Shown here in pieces: positions 9,114 through 17,991 of a DNA stretch of 64,000 bases. The stretch is from IMG/VR virus record IMGVR_UViG_3300021376_000006; one strand, written 5' to 3'. Within the stretch, counting starts at the first letter, position 1; each line of letters opens with the position of its first letter. The translations under genes were made by a program, and so were the position numbers. This DNA comes from a virus. Its lineage: Duplodnaviria > Caudoviricetes. The notes beneath the pieces were generated by a model. The model did not search any database and was not told where the DNA came from. It saw only the letters and a list, made by a program, of their open reading frames with translations.

Positions 9114-9295
9114 GGTTTTTTAATTTTTAACAAACAAAATGATTTGAATTTTTTCTCTGCCCAAATTTCACGGTTTTTCATACATTCTTCATAAGTGGCA
9201 TATTCTTTGGTGTATACAAATTTTATCTTTTCTTCAGGCTCAAGCCATAACTGAACGCTTAGTAGCCAAACCGTAATAATTTCCATTTTAGTCAC
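9110..9295 (-). CDS. Hypothetical protein
   Basis: YATYEEC...C motif, overlapping start/stop coupling. Confidence 0.6.
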   Translation of the reverse strand: MTKMEIITVWLLSVQLWLEPEEKIKFVYTKEYATYEECMKNREIWAEKKFKSFCLLKIKKP

Positions 9296-9545
9296 TCCTT
9301 AATATTTCAAAAGTCCATTCAGGACCGGTAAAATCAACATCAAACCATAAATGATTGTCTTGATCTAGCCAAACTGTAAAACCTTTCATGGAAAAAAAGT
9401 CAACTGCCAGTTGTTTAAATTTAATTTCATTAAAGTCAGGGATAAGTGTTTTTTGCTTTTTCTGTATTTTGTGAAGTTCGTTAATATAATTTTCCATTAC
9501 ATGATCACTGAACCATACGGGTCCATCTCTAAAACGAAATTTCAT
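9288..9545 (-). CDS. Small protein, FxLRW-like family
   Basis: Ends WFDVDFTGPEWTFEILRSD. Confidence 0.6.
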   Translation of the reverse strand: MKFRFRDGPVWFSDHVMENYINELHKIQKKQKTLIPDFNEIKFKQLAVDFFSMKGFTVWLDQDNHLWFDVDFTGPEWTFEILRSD

Positions 9546-9546
9546 A

Positions 9547-9768
9547 TTAACCCCACCGCAACAAAAACATTGTTAATTCTGCTTCATTTCTAAATCTAAA
9601 CTGATCGAAACTTCTACGAGCACCGCATCTGTTATTCATACACCATTCTTGTATGGGGTCAAGATCCGACTCTCTGAGACCTGTTTGAGTGATTGGTCCG
9701 TGATCGTACGATAGCCTAGCATATATTATCAACGAGTGTTTGGTATCTCTTTCCCATACTATTTTCAT
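9547..9768 (-). CDS. Small protein, FxLRW family
   Basis: Ends FRFRNEAELTMFLLRWG. Confidence 0.7.
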   Translation of the reverse strand: MKIVWERDTKHSLIIYARLSYDHGPITQTGLRESDLDPIQEWCMNNRCGARRSFDQFRFRNEAELTMFLLRWG

Positions 9769-9775
9769 GTGATCA

Positions 9776-10114
9776 CTACACGATTTTTTTTGCTCTATCG
9801 CTGTACAATGTTACACCACGACCTCTAACCAGTTCTGCTGCTTTCTGCGGACAACTTTTAAACAACAATTCTAGAGCTTCTTTTGTAATATCTGCTTCGC
9901 AATCAACTGCATACAGTTCATAATGTCGTTGCTGATTGAATCTGGCTCTCAGCAACATATTCTGTATGATTTGATTTACAGGATTGCGAGCAGGTTCTTG
10001 GTTGTTTAGAATCCTGAAGGTGTTCTCAACATCCCACTGTTCGTATTCGGTAATAGGGACCACGCTCTCGAGTCCTTCTTCACACCAATAAACTAGATAT
10101 GCATTAGTAGTCAT
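9776..10114 (-). CDS. Hypothetical protein
   Basis: 112 aa in-operon ORF. Confidence 0.65.
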   Translation of the reverse strand: MTTNAYLVYWCEEGLESVVPITEYEQWDVENTFRILNNQEPARNPVNQIIQNMLLRARFNQQRHYELYAVDCEADITKEALELLFKSCPQKAAELVRGRGVTLYSDRAKKIV

Positions 10115-10336
10115 AGAAATTTCATTCTGAAAAATGTTTGCCTATGCTTCGGTATCAAAATCTAGCCTAGTGTCATTGACCTATTTATTAATCCTGGTGT
10201 CAAATCCAGAATACTTACGAGCACGAAATCCGTAATTTTCTCTTAACCGCCAATGCATACCAGCCGACAGTCTGTGTTCTACACGAATTTAAGTAAGTAT
10301 TTTGTTCTATTCAGAATTGGATAGTACTAGAGTCAT
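10111..10336 (-). pseudogene. Degraded FxLRW-family gene
   Basis: MTLVLSNSE*NKILT*IRVEHRLSAGMHWRLRENYGF...INK*VNDTRLDFDTEA* then, after a 1-nt shift, QTFFRMKFL*; intact promoter (TTGACA-18-TATAAT) and ATGA overlap with 10114. Confidence 0.75.
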
Positions 10337-10367
10337 ACTGCATTATAACAGCATATTTAGATTTGTG

Positions 10368-10823
10368 TCAAGGTTCGTATAACCAACCCAAATTCTCCAA
10401 ACGGTGTATCCAGGTGAATATGGGCGTAGTAAACGGCAACTCCCAACGTCCGTTCCAACCCAGATATGTTGCTGATTCTATAACAGGCTTTTTGTCTGGG
10501 TAATCTCTGGGATATTTTGGACGGTAATTTCCGGTCCATTTGAATCTATCCAAACTTAAATTTTCAAATTTTACTTCATGAATTTCTATAGCCATATCTA
10601 GATTTTTTTCTAGAACGCAATCATTATAATCTTTATTATCAAATTCTATCCAAAAAACATGTGAACCGTTTTTTAAATTTTGATTAACTTTTATAACTAA
10701 GATATCCGTCAGTTCTACTGTGTCAATTGTTTGTGAATCTACTCCGTAGGTGATAACAGGTTTAGTTCGCCACCAACGCGGAACTACAGTTATTTCTACG
10801 TCAAGATTGAATTGTGTATCCAT
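10368..10823 (-). CDS. Hypothetical protein
   Basis: 151 aa, ends YLGWNGRW...WIHRLENLGWLY. Confidence 0.7.
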   Translation of the reverse strand: MDTQFNLDVEITVVPRWWRTKPVITYGVDSQTIDTVELTDILVIKVNQNLKNGSHVFWIEFDNKDYNDCVLEKNLDMAIEIHEVKFENLSLDRFKWTGNYRPKYPRDYPDKKPVIESATYLGWNGRWELPFTTPIFTWIHRLENLGWLYEP

Positions 10824-12093
10824 GTTGTAAAAAAAGTTCTTGATACTCAGGATAAATTTCTAAGGCGTTTAAATTATGTACTGTATCCCACCGCGTCATC
10901 CATGCTACTAATTCTCTTAATTTATTTGTATCAGTTTGAGCTTGATTGTCAATGAAATTAATCATGGTATCGCATTCCCTAATTAATTGTAAGCTTAGTC
11001 TTGAAGTATCTCTACCAACACTCAACGTGTTAAAATCTACAGAACTGTTTTGTTGAATAAATTCTTTTAATGTTACAAAATTTTGTCTGAATTTCTGACG
11101 CACTTCATATGGAAGCACGTCAATCGCTAGATACGATGGTTGCCGTAACGGATTGCTTTGAATACTGATGTTGAAATCAAACGCACGTTTTATAAGTTTA
11201 TGATAGGTGTTTATACTTAACAATTGCGGGACACTTCTTAAAACTAGTGAAAAGTTTTCATTTTGTAAACTGTTAAGATATTCTATATTCTTCCAGACCT
11301 GTTCTGTGTCACTACCTTGTCTGATATAGTGATTGTTAGATTCTGTCGACTCCACGCTGACTTCTATGTCAACTCTTTTAAATTTTTGTAAGTTATCTAA
11401 CAAATCGTGATTTATAACTGTGGCATTGGTTACAAAACTGAGGCTTAAATGAGTCAGTTTGTTTTTAACCAACCAATCAATAAATTCTATAAATCTTTTA
11501 TTAATAGTCGGTTCGCCGCCCATTACATGTATTCTATGCAATTTAGAGACTGATTGCACGTTTTCAAGGAATTGTTGATAACACTGGTTGTCGTTAGTCC
11601 AATTTGCTTTGTGCTGAAACGGAATTTTCCATTTGGTATAATGCGAAGCAATTTTGCTACTTGCATCGGGACCGCACATTTTGCATGCTAGATTACATTC
11701 ATTACCAAAATCAATATGCCAATCAATTGGTAACTTATCACTGTCAGATTTGAAATTTTTTTTCCATGGACTCTGGTCAAAACTTTTTTCAAATGCATGT
11801 TCTGTGAATATAGCTACTTTATAATTTTCTTTTATTCTACGACTTTGATGTCCGTATAATTCTTCATGATAACATCCAATACACTCAGGTAATGGTTCGT
11901 TACCTAGAATTCGTTCTCTAAAGTTTTGCATGGTATTGCTGTTATACCATGTGATAAGATTAGTATTTTGAATATTGTATTTTGTGCCTTGTGCTTTTTG
12001 GGATTCTGAACAACAAACACCGTAAGTGCCGTCCCAATACAAATGAGTGTTATGCCATGGCACTGCACAAAAAATTTTTTGATTGGCCATCAA
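10801..12093 (-). CDS. Radical SAM protein with N-terminal SPASM/twitch-like Cys cluster
   Basis: CNLACKMC, MGGEPT, FCAVPW...VCC...CIGCY; paralogue of 489..1586. Confidence 0.9.
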   Translation of the reverse strand: MMANQKIFCAVPWHNTHLYWDGTYGVCCSESQKAQGTKYNIQNTNLITWYNSNTMQNFRERILGNEPLPECIGCYHEELYGHQSRRIKENYKVAIFTEHAFEKSFDQSPWKKNFKSDSDKLPIDWHIDFGNECNLACKMCGPDASSKIASHYTKWKIPFQHKANWTNDNQCYQQFLENVQSVSKLHRIHVMGGEPTINKRFIEFIDWLVKNKLTHLSLSFVTNATVINHDLLDNLQKFKRVDIEVSVESTESNNHYIRQGSDTEQVWKNIEYLNSLQNENFSLVLRSVPQLLSINTYHKLIKRAFDFNISIQSNPLRQPSYLAIDVLPYEVRQKFRQNFVTLKEFIQQNSSVDFNTLSVGRDTSRLSLQLIRECDTMINFIDNQAQTDTNKLRELVAWMTRWDTVHNLNALEIYPEYQELFLQHGYTIQS

Positions 12094-13355
12094 TCAATTA
12101 TGCCAAAATTAGCCCAGTTGGCTCCGCCAAGACAAATCCAGCCTAGTGGTCCACCTGGATTGGGATTGGTGTTCCAGACCACATGACAGCGTTCACTGAC
12201 AAAATTTGGCGGAGTATTTGAAGTGGTGAATTGCATTTGACCTATTTTGAGATTGTCAATTTGCACCGATCCATCTTCACATAAAACTATATTATCTTTG
12301 CTATTGGCAGTCAGTACAAGTTTTTGCTGTCTTGTTGTACCAAGAATCCCTGTGTCTCGAGATTTTTTCTTGGCAACTATTTCAATTTCGTCATCCCAAA
12401 TGCTAAGTGCTGCCGAAGGTTCAATAGTGTTTATTCCAACACGCTTGGGTGTAACATAAAATGTTTGTGCAAGTAGGCTTTCTCCACTTACTTTGAGTTC
12501 TAGTAATTCACCTAATGTTTGTAAATTTGAATTAACGATACTGGATCCCAACATATTATTTTTGGCTATTTCTGTACCATTTAAAGTTATTTTTTCTAAA
12601 TCAAGGCCATCCTGCTTGATTTTATCAAAAATTAAATTACTGTATCCATTAAACAATGTATAATCTAGATTGGTCAAAGTGTTAGAACTTACACTGGACA
12701 CTAGACGTTTAAAAAACTCAGTGTTTTCAGGCACGTCGCCATTTACAATAAATGAACCATTTATTGTCATTGATCCTTGAACTGTGAGATCCTTGGTCAA
12801 CAAATTGTTTTCTATTACGGTACTGTCATCTAGTATTGTTAATGCAACTTGGCTGGCTCGATCATCGATACCAGTGCTACTAAAATTTTCAATAATGCCA
12901 CCGTTGATATTATCGCCGGTAATTTTTAAATTTGATAGTTTGATAGCTTTAGGATCTATACTAGATTCTGGAAAAACAAATTCGGTCATCCTGTCAGCTA
13001 CTAAAGTGCTCACATTATCAGTTATTGCACGTTGAAAGTCAATAGTGGTCAATCTTTGTTGCACTTGTGTTTCTACAAGTTCTCTAGTTTGATTTTGTGC
13101 AGCATCAATAGTTTCATTTATTTTACTGACTATTCTATTTTCTAATCGCTTTGGATCTACTGTGTATTCACTTATTCTTCTCTCAAATGCGCTATTTGCT
13201 GCTTCTTGAATATGTGAAGAGTAGTCGTATGCTGCCAATCTGTTGTTTATGGCCGCGCCAATAGCAGAATCAACCTTAACCAATACATTGGCGGTTATAT
13301 CTGCTACAAGTCCTTCAACAATTTTTGCTAAATGTGTGTTAAGATCCATTATCAA
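12090..13355 (-). CDS. Probable virion structural / fibre-like protein
   Basis: N-terminal coiled coil, VGINTIEP repeat, C-terminal WNTNPNPGGPLGWIC motif typical of phage fibres. Confidence 0.5.
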   Translation of the reverse strand: MIMDLNTHLAKIVEGLVADITANVLVKVDSAIGAAINNRLAAYDYSSHIQEAANSAFERRISEYTVDPKRLENRIVSKINETIDAAQNQTRELVETQVQQRLTTIDFQRAITDNVSTLVADRMTEFVFPESSIDPKAIKLSNLKITGDNINGGIIENFSSTGIDDRASQVALTILDDSTVIENNLLTKDLTVQGSMTINGSFIVNGDVPENTEFFKRLVSSVSSNTLTNLDYTLFNGYSNLIFDKIKQDGLDLEKITLNGTEIAKNNMLGSSIVNSNLQTLGELLELKVSGESLLAQTFYVTPKRVGINTIEPSAALSIWDDEIEIVAKKKSRDTGILGTTRQQKLVLTANSKDNIVLCEDGSVQIDNLKIGQMQFTTSNTPPNFVSERCHVVWNTNPNPGGPLGWICLGGANWANFGIID

Positions 13356-14076
13356 ATTGAATACTAATTACGTGTTCGTAATTTTTCTTGATTAAACTTT
13401 TGTACATTAAATTTTTATGTACATTAAAACCTACTGCGCCGGCATCATGACTAAATTTTGCCAACTGTTTAAAAAACATTGCTCGTCTAGCAAATGGCAT
13501 AGATGCTATTAACGATTGATTACTAATCTGATACACATGAGTTTTCCAGCTATTTCTATCGGTACTGTCATGGTCATGGAACTCTAAAAAAATATCTGTT
13601 GATTGAGCATTTCTTATCAACGCCGGAATACTGAATTCTCTGTCTTTAAATTCTTGATTTTTGTAATCCTTACATGTAGTTATCACATATTCTCGAGCAA
13701 GATTACAAATTTCTTGTACTCGTGCTCGTTGTTCATTATCGTCTTTGGCAAAGGTGAAATATTCATCCAAAACCATAACACAATCAAAGTGCTTGTGATA
13801 TGATCCCAATTTGTCAGCTGGTATATAATCAAACGAAACATTATTTTGCTTAAAGAACTCACAAGCATCGTTAGATGCCTGCGTTAAAAAAATATTTTTA
13901 GCTGATTCAACTAGCATAGCAGGATTAAAACCCACATACAAAACTCTTGTGGAATTGAAGTTGTGAAATTCAGCAATTACCTCAAGTATTTCTTTTTTGC
14001 GTTTTAATATTTCAGTTGGTTTGGTATGTGCTTTGTACGCTCGTAAAAGACAATCAGTGTAACTTCCAAAACTCAT
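13339..14076 (-). CDS. Hypothetical protein, possibly degenerate SAM-methyltransferase fold
   Basis: RVLYVG and FDCVMVLDEY segments at Rossmann-like spacing; tentative. Confidence 0.4.
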   Translation of the reverse strand: MSFGSYTDCLLRAYKAHTKPTEILKRKKEILEVIAEFHNFNSTRVLYVGFNPAMLVESAKNIFLTQASNDACEFFKQNNVSFDYIPADKLGSYHKHFDCVMVLDEYFTFAKDDNEQRARVQEICNLAREYVITTCKDYKNQEFKDREFSIPALIRNAQSTDIFLEFHDHDSTDRNSWKTHVYQISNQSLIASMPFARRAMFFKQLAKFSHDAGAVGFNVHKNLMYKSLIKKNYEHVISIQFDNGS

Positions 14077-14101
14077 GATACCCTTTGTTATTATTAGTTT
14101 A

Positions 14102-15022
14102 TTATTTATTGGGTTGGCGAATTAAATCAAGTGTTACACAATGAAAACCACCGCCTAGTGTTCTCGAATGCCTTAGTTCCAATGGGATTACCGTAAAATT
14201 TTGTATTTCTAATATCTTTATTAATTTATTCTGCTGTTTATCAACAATAACTGTGTTGGGATCCAAAACCAGCATATTTAAAGCTATCCATTTACTAGCA
14301 TACGGATACTGATAAAATGCCTGTTCTACTACATCATCTATCCAAATAACTTCCCAATTGTCAAAAACATTGGGTAAGTTATCCATATTGACCCTGCTGG
14401 CATTTACCATCACCAATCCTTCTCTCAAAGGAACTATGGTGCTGTCAATATGTGCTCCTGAGTAAAACTTACATATTTCAATTTTGACATAAGGAAATTT
14501 TCCCATCAACCAATGTGCTGCTTGATAATTACCACTTACGCTTTCAAGAAACAGCATCTGGTCATTTAATCGTAAAACGTTTGCAGCATCCATAACATAT
14601 TGGCCGTTGCGTGGCATACGATGTACAGTATCGGAACGATACACAACGTCGTCTAGTGCTTCTATTTCCATGTCTCTACAAGGATACATCATGGCAGGAT
14701 CAACAATTGTGCTTCCATGGATCAATAATCGATCTCTTGGACAATAATTGTACATACCGCCGCGCTCTTGAAAATTGATGGCTTTGGGTCGGTGTACGGC
14801 AGCACCGTATTGCTCTAGGGTTTGTACTAGAACATCAAGATCTTCATTGGTTTCATCAATGATCCAATCCGGAACAGGCCCGCTAGGTACTGGTGTTTCT
14901 CGCCAAGTGGTTTTTTCACTTTCTTGCGCGAATACAGGATCATCACTAGGCCAATTAGAAAAATCAGCACGGCCCACAACAACTTCTCGTAATGGATCCC
15001 ATTCATTGAATGAGTGTATCAT
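14102..15022 (-). CDS. Amidinotransferase (glycine / inosamine-phosphate type)
   Basis: SFNEWDPLREVVVG, YCPRD, DAANV, HIDST, GGGFHCVT catalytic motifs. Confidence 0.9.
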   Translation of the reverse strand: MIHSFNEWDPLREVVVGRADFSNWPSDDPVFAQESEKTTWRETPVPSGPVPDWIIDETNEDLDVLVQTLEQYGAAVHRPKAINFQERGGMYNYCPRDRLLIHGSTIVDPAMMYPCRDMEIEALDDVVYRSDTVHRMPRNGQYVMDAANVLRLNDQMLFLESVSGNYQAAHWLMGKFPYVKIEICKFYSGAHIDSTIVPLREGLVMVNASRVNMDNLPNVFDNWEVIWIDDVVEQAFYQYPYASKWIALNMLVLDPNTVIVDKQQNKLIKILEIQNFTVIPLELRHSRTLGGGFHCVTLDLIRQPNK

Positions 15023-15534
15023 ATGTGTCCGGTTATTTGTAATGTATATCTAGGTTGGAATCCCATGTTAAATGCACTGTGTGGTGCATCCCATGGCCAT
15101 ATCAAAGTAAATCCTGCAATCCAATCAGCATACCCAGTGCTTTCACATTCTGCAAAATGTCCGGGTTTACGATCTTGTAAAAATACCACTGCTCGACGTA
15201 TCCGGTATTCCTGACCTTGTAAATTGAATAATTCAATGTAGCGACGATAGGTATCAATGTGATTGGGTAAACTGCTACCTGGATCCATTCTGTAATAACA
15301 TGTGCCTATGTTCTTCCATTTGCCATAAGTTTCAAAGAAGTCAATAAATTTTTGATTCCAACTGGGCTGAGCACTACGCATGTCGCACATCCAACCACCA
15401 AATGGACCGCGGAATCCCGCATCTTCCCACTCTATTTGTGTAGCAGGATCATTGAATTTTTCTTTTATGTAATCTAATTTTGTATATTCATCATCCCAAA
15501 ATTTTGCAATGTTAAACTGTTCGTGTGTTACCAT
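15019..15534 (-). CDS. 2OG-Fe(II) dioxygenase / cupin-like protein
   Basis: PNHIDTY (HxD) and distal PHSAFN...RYTLQITG. Confidence 0.7.
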   Translation of the reverse strand: MVTHEQFNIAKFWDDEYTKLDYIKEKFNDPATQIEWEDAGFRGPFGGWMCDMRSAQPSWNQKFIDFFETYGKWKNIGTCYYRMDPGSSLPNHIDTYRRYIELFNLQGQEYRIRRAVVFLQDRKPGHFAECESTGYADWIAGFTLIWPWDAPHSAFNMGFQPRYTLQITGHI

Positions 15535-16738
15535 AATAAATTACCTTGTAATCTTTACTGGTTTTATATTTGCGCCAAGGATCAACAATTACACTGCCAG
15601 GTTCTAAGTCAACATATAGTTCTTGTTCTCGTTGTTCTCCTGTATATCCGTATGTGACATTTCTGTTGTGAGCTAAAAATGCTATTACCGGCATACCATT
15701 GAATGGAGGATCGTCGCCGGTTAAAGGATCTACATAATAAAATTTGGCTTGAATAGATTGCAAATAATGACCTATCAATAAGCTATAACTGCCATCAACG
15801 AAATCAACGTCTGGTTTATATGCTTTGCCCATAATGAATATAGGCAAGTTGTATTGCCTTTGTATTTTGGCAAGATATCTTGCAATGTTGCGTGCCTGTT
15901 TTTCTCTTGCATGCATTATGGTATTAAAAATATCATAACCAAGATTTAAATTTTCTGCCAACCAACGTAGTGCAATATTGTCTCTTGGGTGGCATGGACC
16001 TGCATCGCCCATTCCTGCTCGCATGTATTTTGGACTCATTATACGTATGGTGCTATTGGCCAATGCCTCAGTAACAACATCAACATTTATATTACCATTT
16101 GCCATAGCAACATCTTGAATCATGTTTACTAATCCAATTTTGGTACTAATAAATGTGTTATAAAATATTTTGATTGATTCTGCTTCATCCCAGGTACCGA
16201 CTATGTATCTAGGATTGTTTTGCATGATAGACTTATAAAATTCAATCAATGTCTTGGCGTCTCCTGTTTCACTTCCATCCTTGGTTCCAATAATAACCAT
16301 TTCAGGATTTATCATGTCCCACTCAACACTGCCCATGGCAATCAAGTAAGGATTATAAACAAAGCGAGCATTGGTAATACATGAGCGTAGTTCTTTTCTA
16401 ACTGTACCAGGTAATACTGTGCTAATTAACACAACTAACTGATCTGGGCTGGCCCATGCATTGATATTGTTAAGCACTTGTTTAACTGTAGTATAATCAA
16501 AATCTTTATTAGGCAAATGTGTAATTGGTTGGCTGCCATCATAGGCAGGATCATGCGGAGTTTGTACTGCCACAAATACCAAATCTTTTCCTACCACTGC
16601 ACCTCGTATAGAGTCAGATATTTTAATTTTGTTGCTGGTTTTTGGACACACATCATAACCAACTACATCGTGAACTTGTGCCATTGTTTCAGCACAAGGC
16701 ATGCCCAACTTACCAAGACCGATAAAGCCTATGTGCAT
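15512..16738 (-). CDS. ugd: UDP-glucose/GDP-mannose 6-dehydrogenase family
   Basis: GLGKLG, LISTV.PGT, YNPYL, AESIKIFYNTFISTKI, GPCHPRD, AYKPDVD. Confidence 0.9.
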   Translation of the reverse strand: MHIGFIGLGKLGMPCAETMAQVHDVVGYDVCPKTSNKIKISDSIRGAVVGKDLVFVAVQTPHDPAYDGSQPITHLPNKDFDYTTVKQVLNNINAWASPDQLVVLISTVLPGTVRKELRSCITNARFVYNPYLIAMGSVEWDMINPEMVIIGTKDGSETGDAKTLIEFYKSIMQNNPRYIVGTWDEAESIKIFYNTFISTKIGLVNMIQDVAMANGNINVDVVTEALANSTIRIMSPKYMRAGMGDAGPCHPRDNIALRWLAENLNLGYDIFNTIMHAREKQARNIARYLAKIQRQYNLPIFIMGKAYKPDVDFVDGSYSLLIGHYLQSIQAKFYYVDPLTGDDPPFNGMPVIAFLAHNRNVTYGYTGEQREQELYVDLEPGSVIVDPWRKYKTSKDYKVIYYGNTRTV

Positions 16739-16796
16739 TAGTTTTCCTTTTGAAATTTTAACGTGTAGAAAATCAAATTTACGAGTATTGTTTTAT

Positions 16797-17561
16797 TTAT
16801 TGTACGCTGGTTGCATTGATAGTATTCAAAATTAATTGTTCCATGTCATGTATACGTGTTCTGGTTGTGTTACTATTTAATACCACAAACAAGCGTTTTT
16901 GGTTGCGAATGTACACACTCATTACTAAACATCCGCCGCTGGCTCTTACATATCCAGTCTTACTTACAATTACGTTATACTTGTTAACCAAAGGATTTGT
17001 GTTATTATATTTAAATTTAATGAATTTTTTCTTTTTCTTCTTTACAAGTTCGCCTACTGCTTGATTGCTTGCATACACAATTTCTTTATATCGTTCAGCT
17101 GCCATCAACAACTTAATCAAATCTCGAGGTGTACTTACATTTCTGTTATCTAGGCCACTGCTGTCCGCGAATCTTGTATCGGTCATTCCTAGTATTTGAG
17201 CTTTATGATTCATATCAGATATACAATTATTGTATCCTCTACGATAAACTTCGCATAGCATTTTAGCCGCATAGTTATCTGAACGTATAACCGCCAAATT
17301 AATTAATTGTTCTCTATTAACAATTAGGCCGCGAAATCTCCTGTCAAGAGGTTGTTGTAAATTATCGTTAGAATCAAGAACTACCATGGCTGTCATTAAC
17401 TTGGTTATACTTGCAATAGGCTGCTGTATTTCAATATTTTCCGATTCTAATACGGTACCATTACCGTCGGCTATAAGCCAAGACTTAGCCGATATATTAG
17501 TAGAAAAAACAGGGTAGCTCACAATCATAAAGATCGCGTAAGCAAGAAAAAATCTAAACAT
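16797..17561 (-). CDS. Peptidase S11 (D-Ala-D-Ala carboxy/endopeptidase, PBP7-like)
   Basis: Signal peptide; SITK (SxxK), SDN (SxN), KTG motifs intact. Confidence 0.9.
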   Translation of the reverse strand: MFRFFLAYAIFMIVSYPVFSTNISAKSWLIADGNGTVLESENIEIQQPIASITKLMTAMVVLDSNDNLQQPLDRRFRGLIVNREQLINLAVIRSDNYAAKMLCEVYRRGYNNCISDMNHKAQILGMTDTRFADSSGLDNRNVSTPRDLIKLLMAAERYKEIVYASNQAVGELVKKKKKKFIKFKYNNTNPLVNKYNVIVSKTGYVRASGGCLVMSVYIRNQKRLFVVLNSNTTRTRIHDMEQLILNTINATSVQ

Positions 17562-17722
17562 TATGTAGGGTACTTTTCTAGATCTTCAATGAAATATTCC
17601 ATGATTAGGAATATTGTAGCACACATTGCCATAGCAAACAAGCTGCCTTGTCTGATAGCCATGGTCATTGCTGCCCAAAAGAACAATCTCAGTCCCCACT
17701 TTACTAAGTCAATGGTATACAT
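17561..17722 (-). CDS. Small membrane protein (53 aa)
   Basis: Not in ORF track; MYTIDLVKWGLRLFFWAAMTMAIRQGSLFAMAMCATIFLIMEYF..., stop overlaps next ATG. Confidence 0.65.
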   Translation of the reverse strand: MYTIDLVKWGLRLFFWAAMTMAIRQGSLFAMAMCATIFLIMEYFIEDLEKYPT

Positions 17723-17840
17723 TAATTATATTTACTACTTCTTCTATGTGCAAGTTTAAAGTTTTTGCAATTGCCACATGACTGTATCCTTGCCGATGCA
17801 GGTCCAATACAGCTTTAATAACGCCAGGATTTTGTGCCAT
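17709..17840 (-). CDS. Small HTH-like protein (43 aa)
   Basis: Not in ORF track; LHRQGYSHVAIAKTLNLHIEEVVNII. Confidence 0.6.
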   Translation of the reverse strand: MAQNPGVIKAVLDLHRQGYSHVAIAKTLNLHIEEVVNIINVYH

Positions 17841-17991
17841 GTTGTAGTTGGTGTCTTTCAATAATCAGTTTTACCGCTTGTTCTGGGTATCTTAGCCGCA
17901 TACATATTTCTTCCACCGTGTAACCATGATCCTGATACATGCGTTCAATCAAATCAATTCTGGGTTTGACGATAAATTGATATTTATTCAT
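17815..17991 (-). CDS. Small HTH-like protein (58 aa)
   Basis: Not in ORF track; RMYQDHGYTVEEICMRLRYPEQAVKLII; ATGA overlap with upstream gene. Confidence 0.6.
   Translation of the reverse strand: MNKYQFIVKPRIDLIERMYQDHGYTVEEICMRLRYPEQAVKLIIERHQLQHGTKSWRY

Noticed and set aside
10111-10336. Alternative genetic code (TAG read as Gln) suggested by several in-frame TAGs
   Set aside because: The same ORF also has a TAA and a frameshift, long genes are intact in code 11, and real genes end in TAG (for example at 1668)
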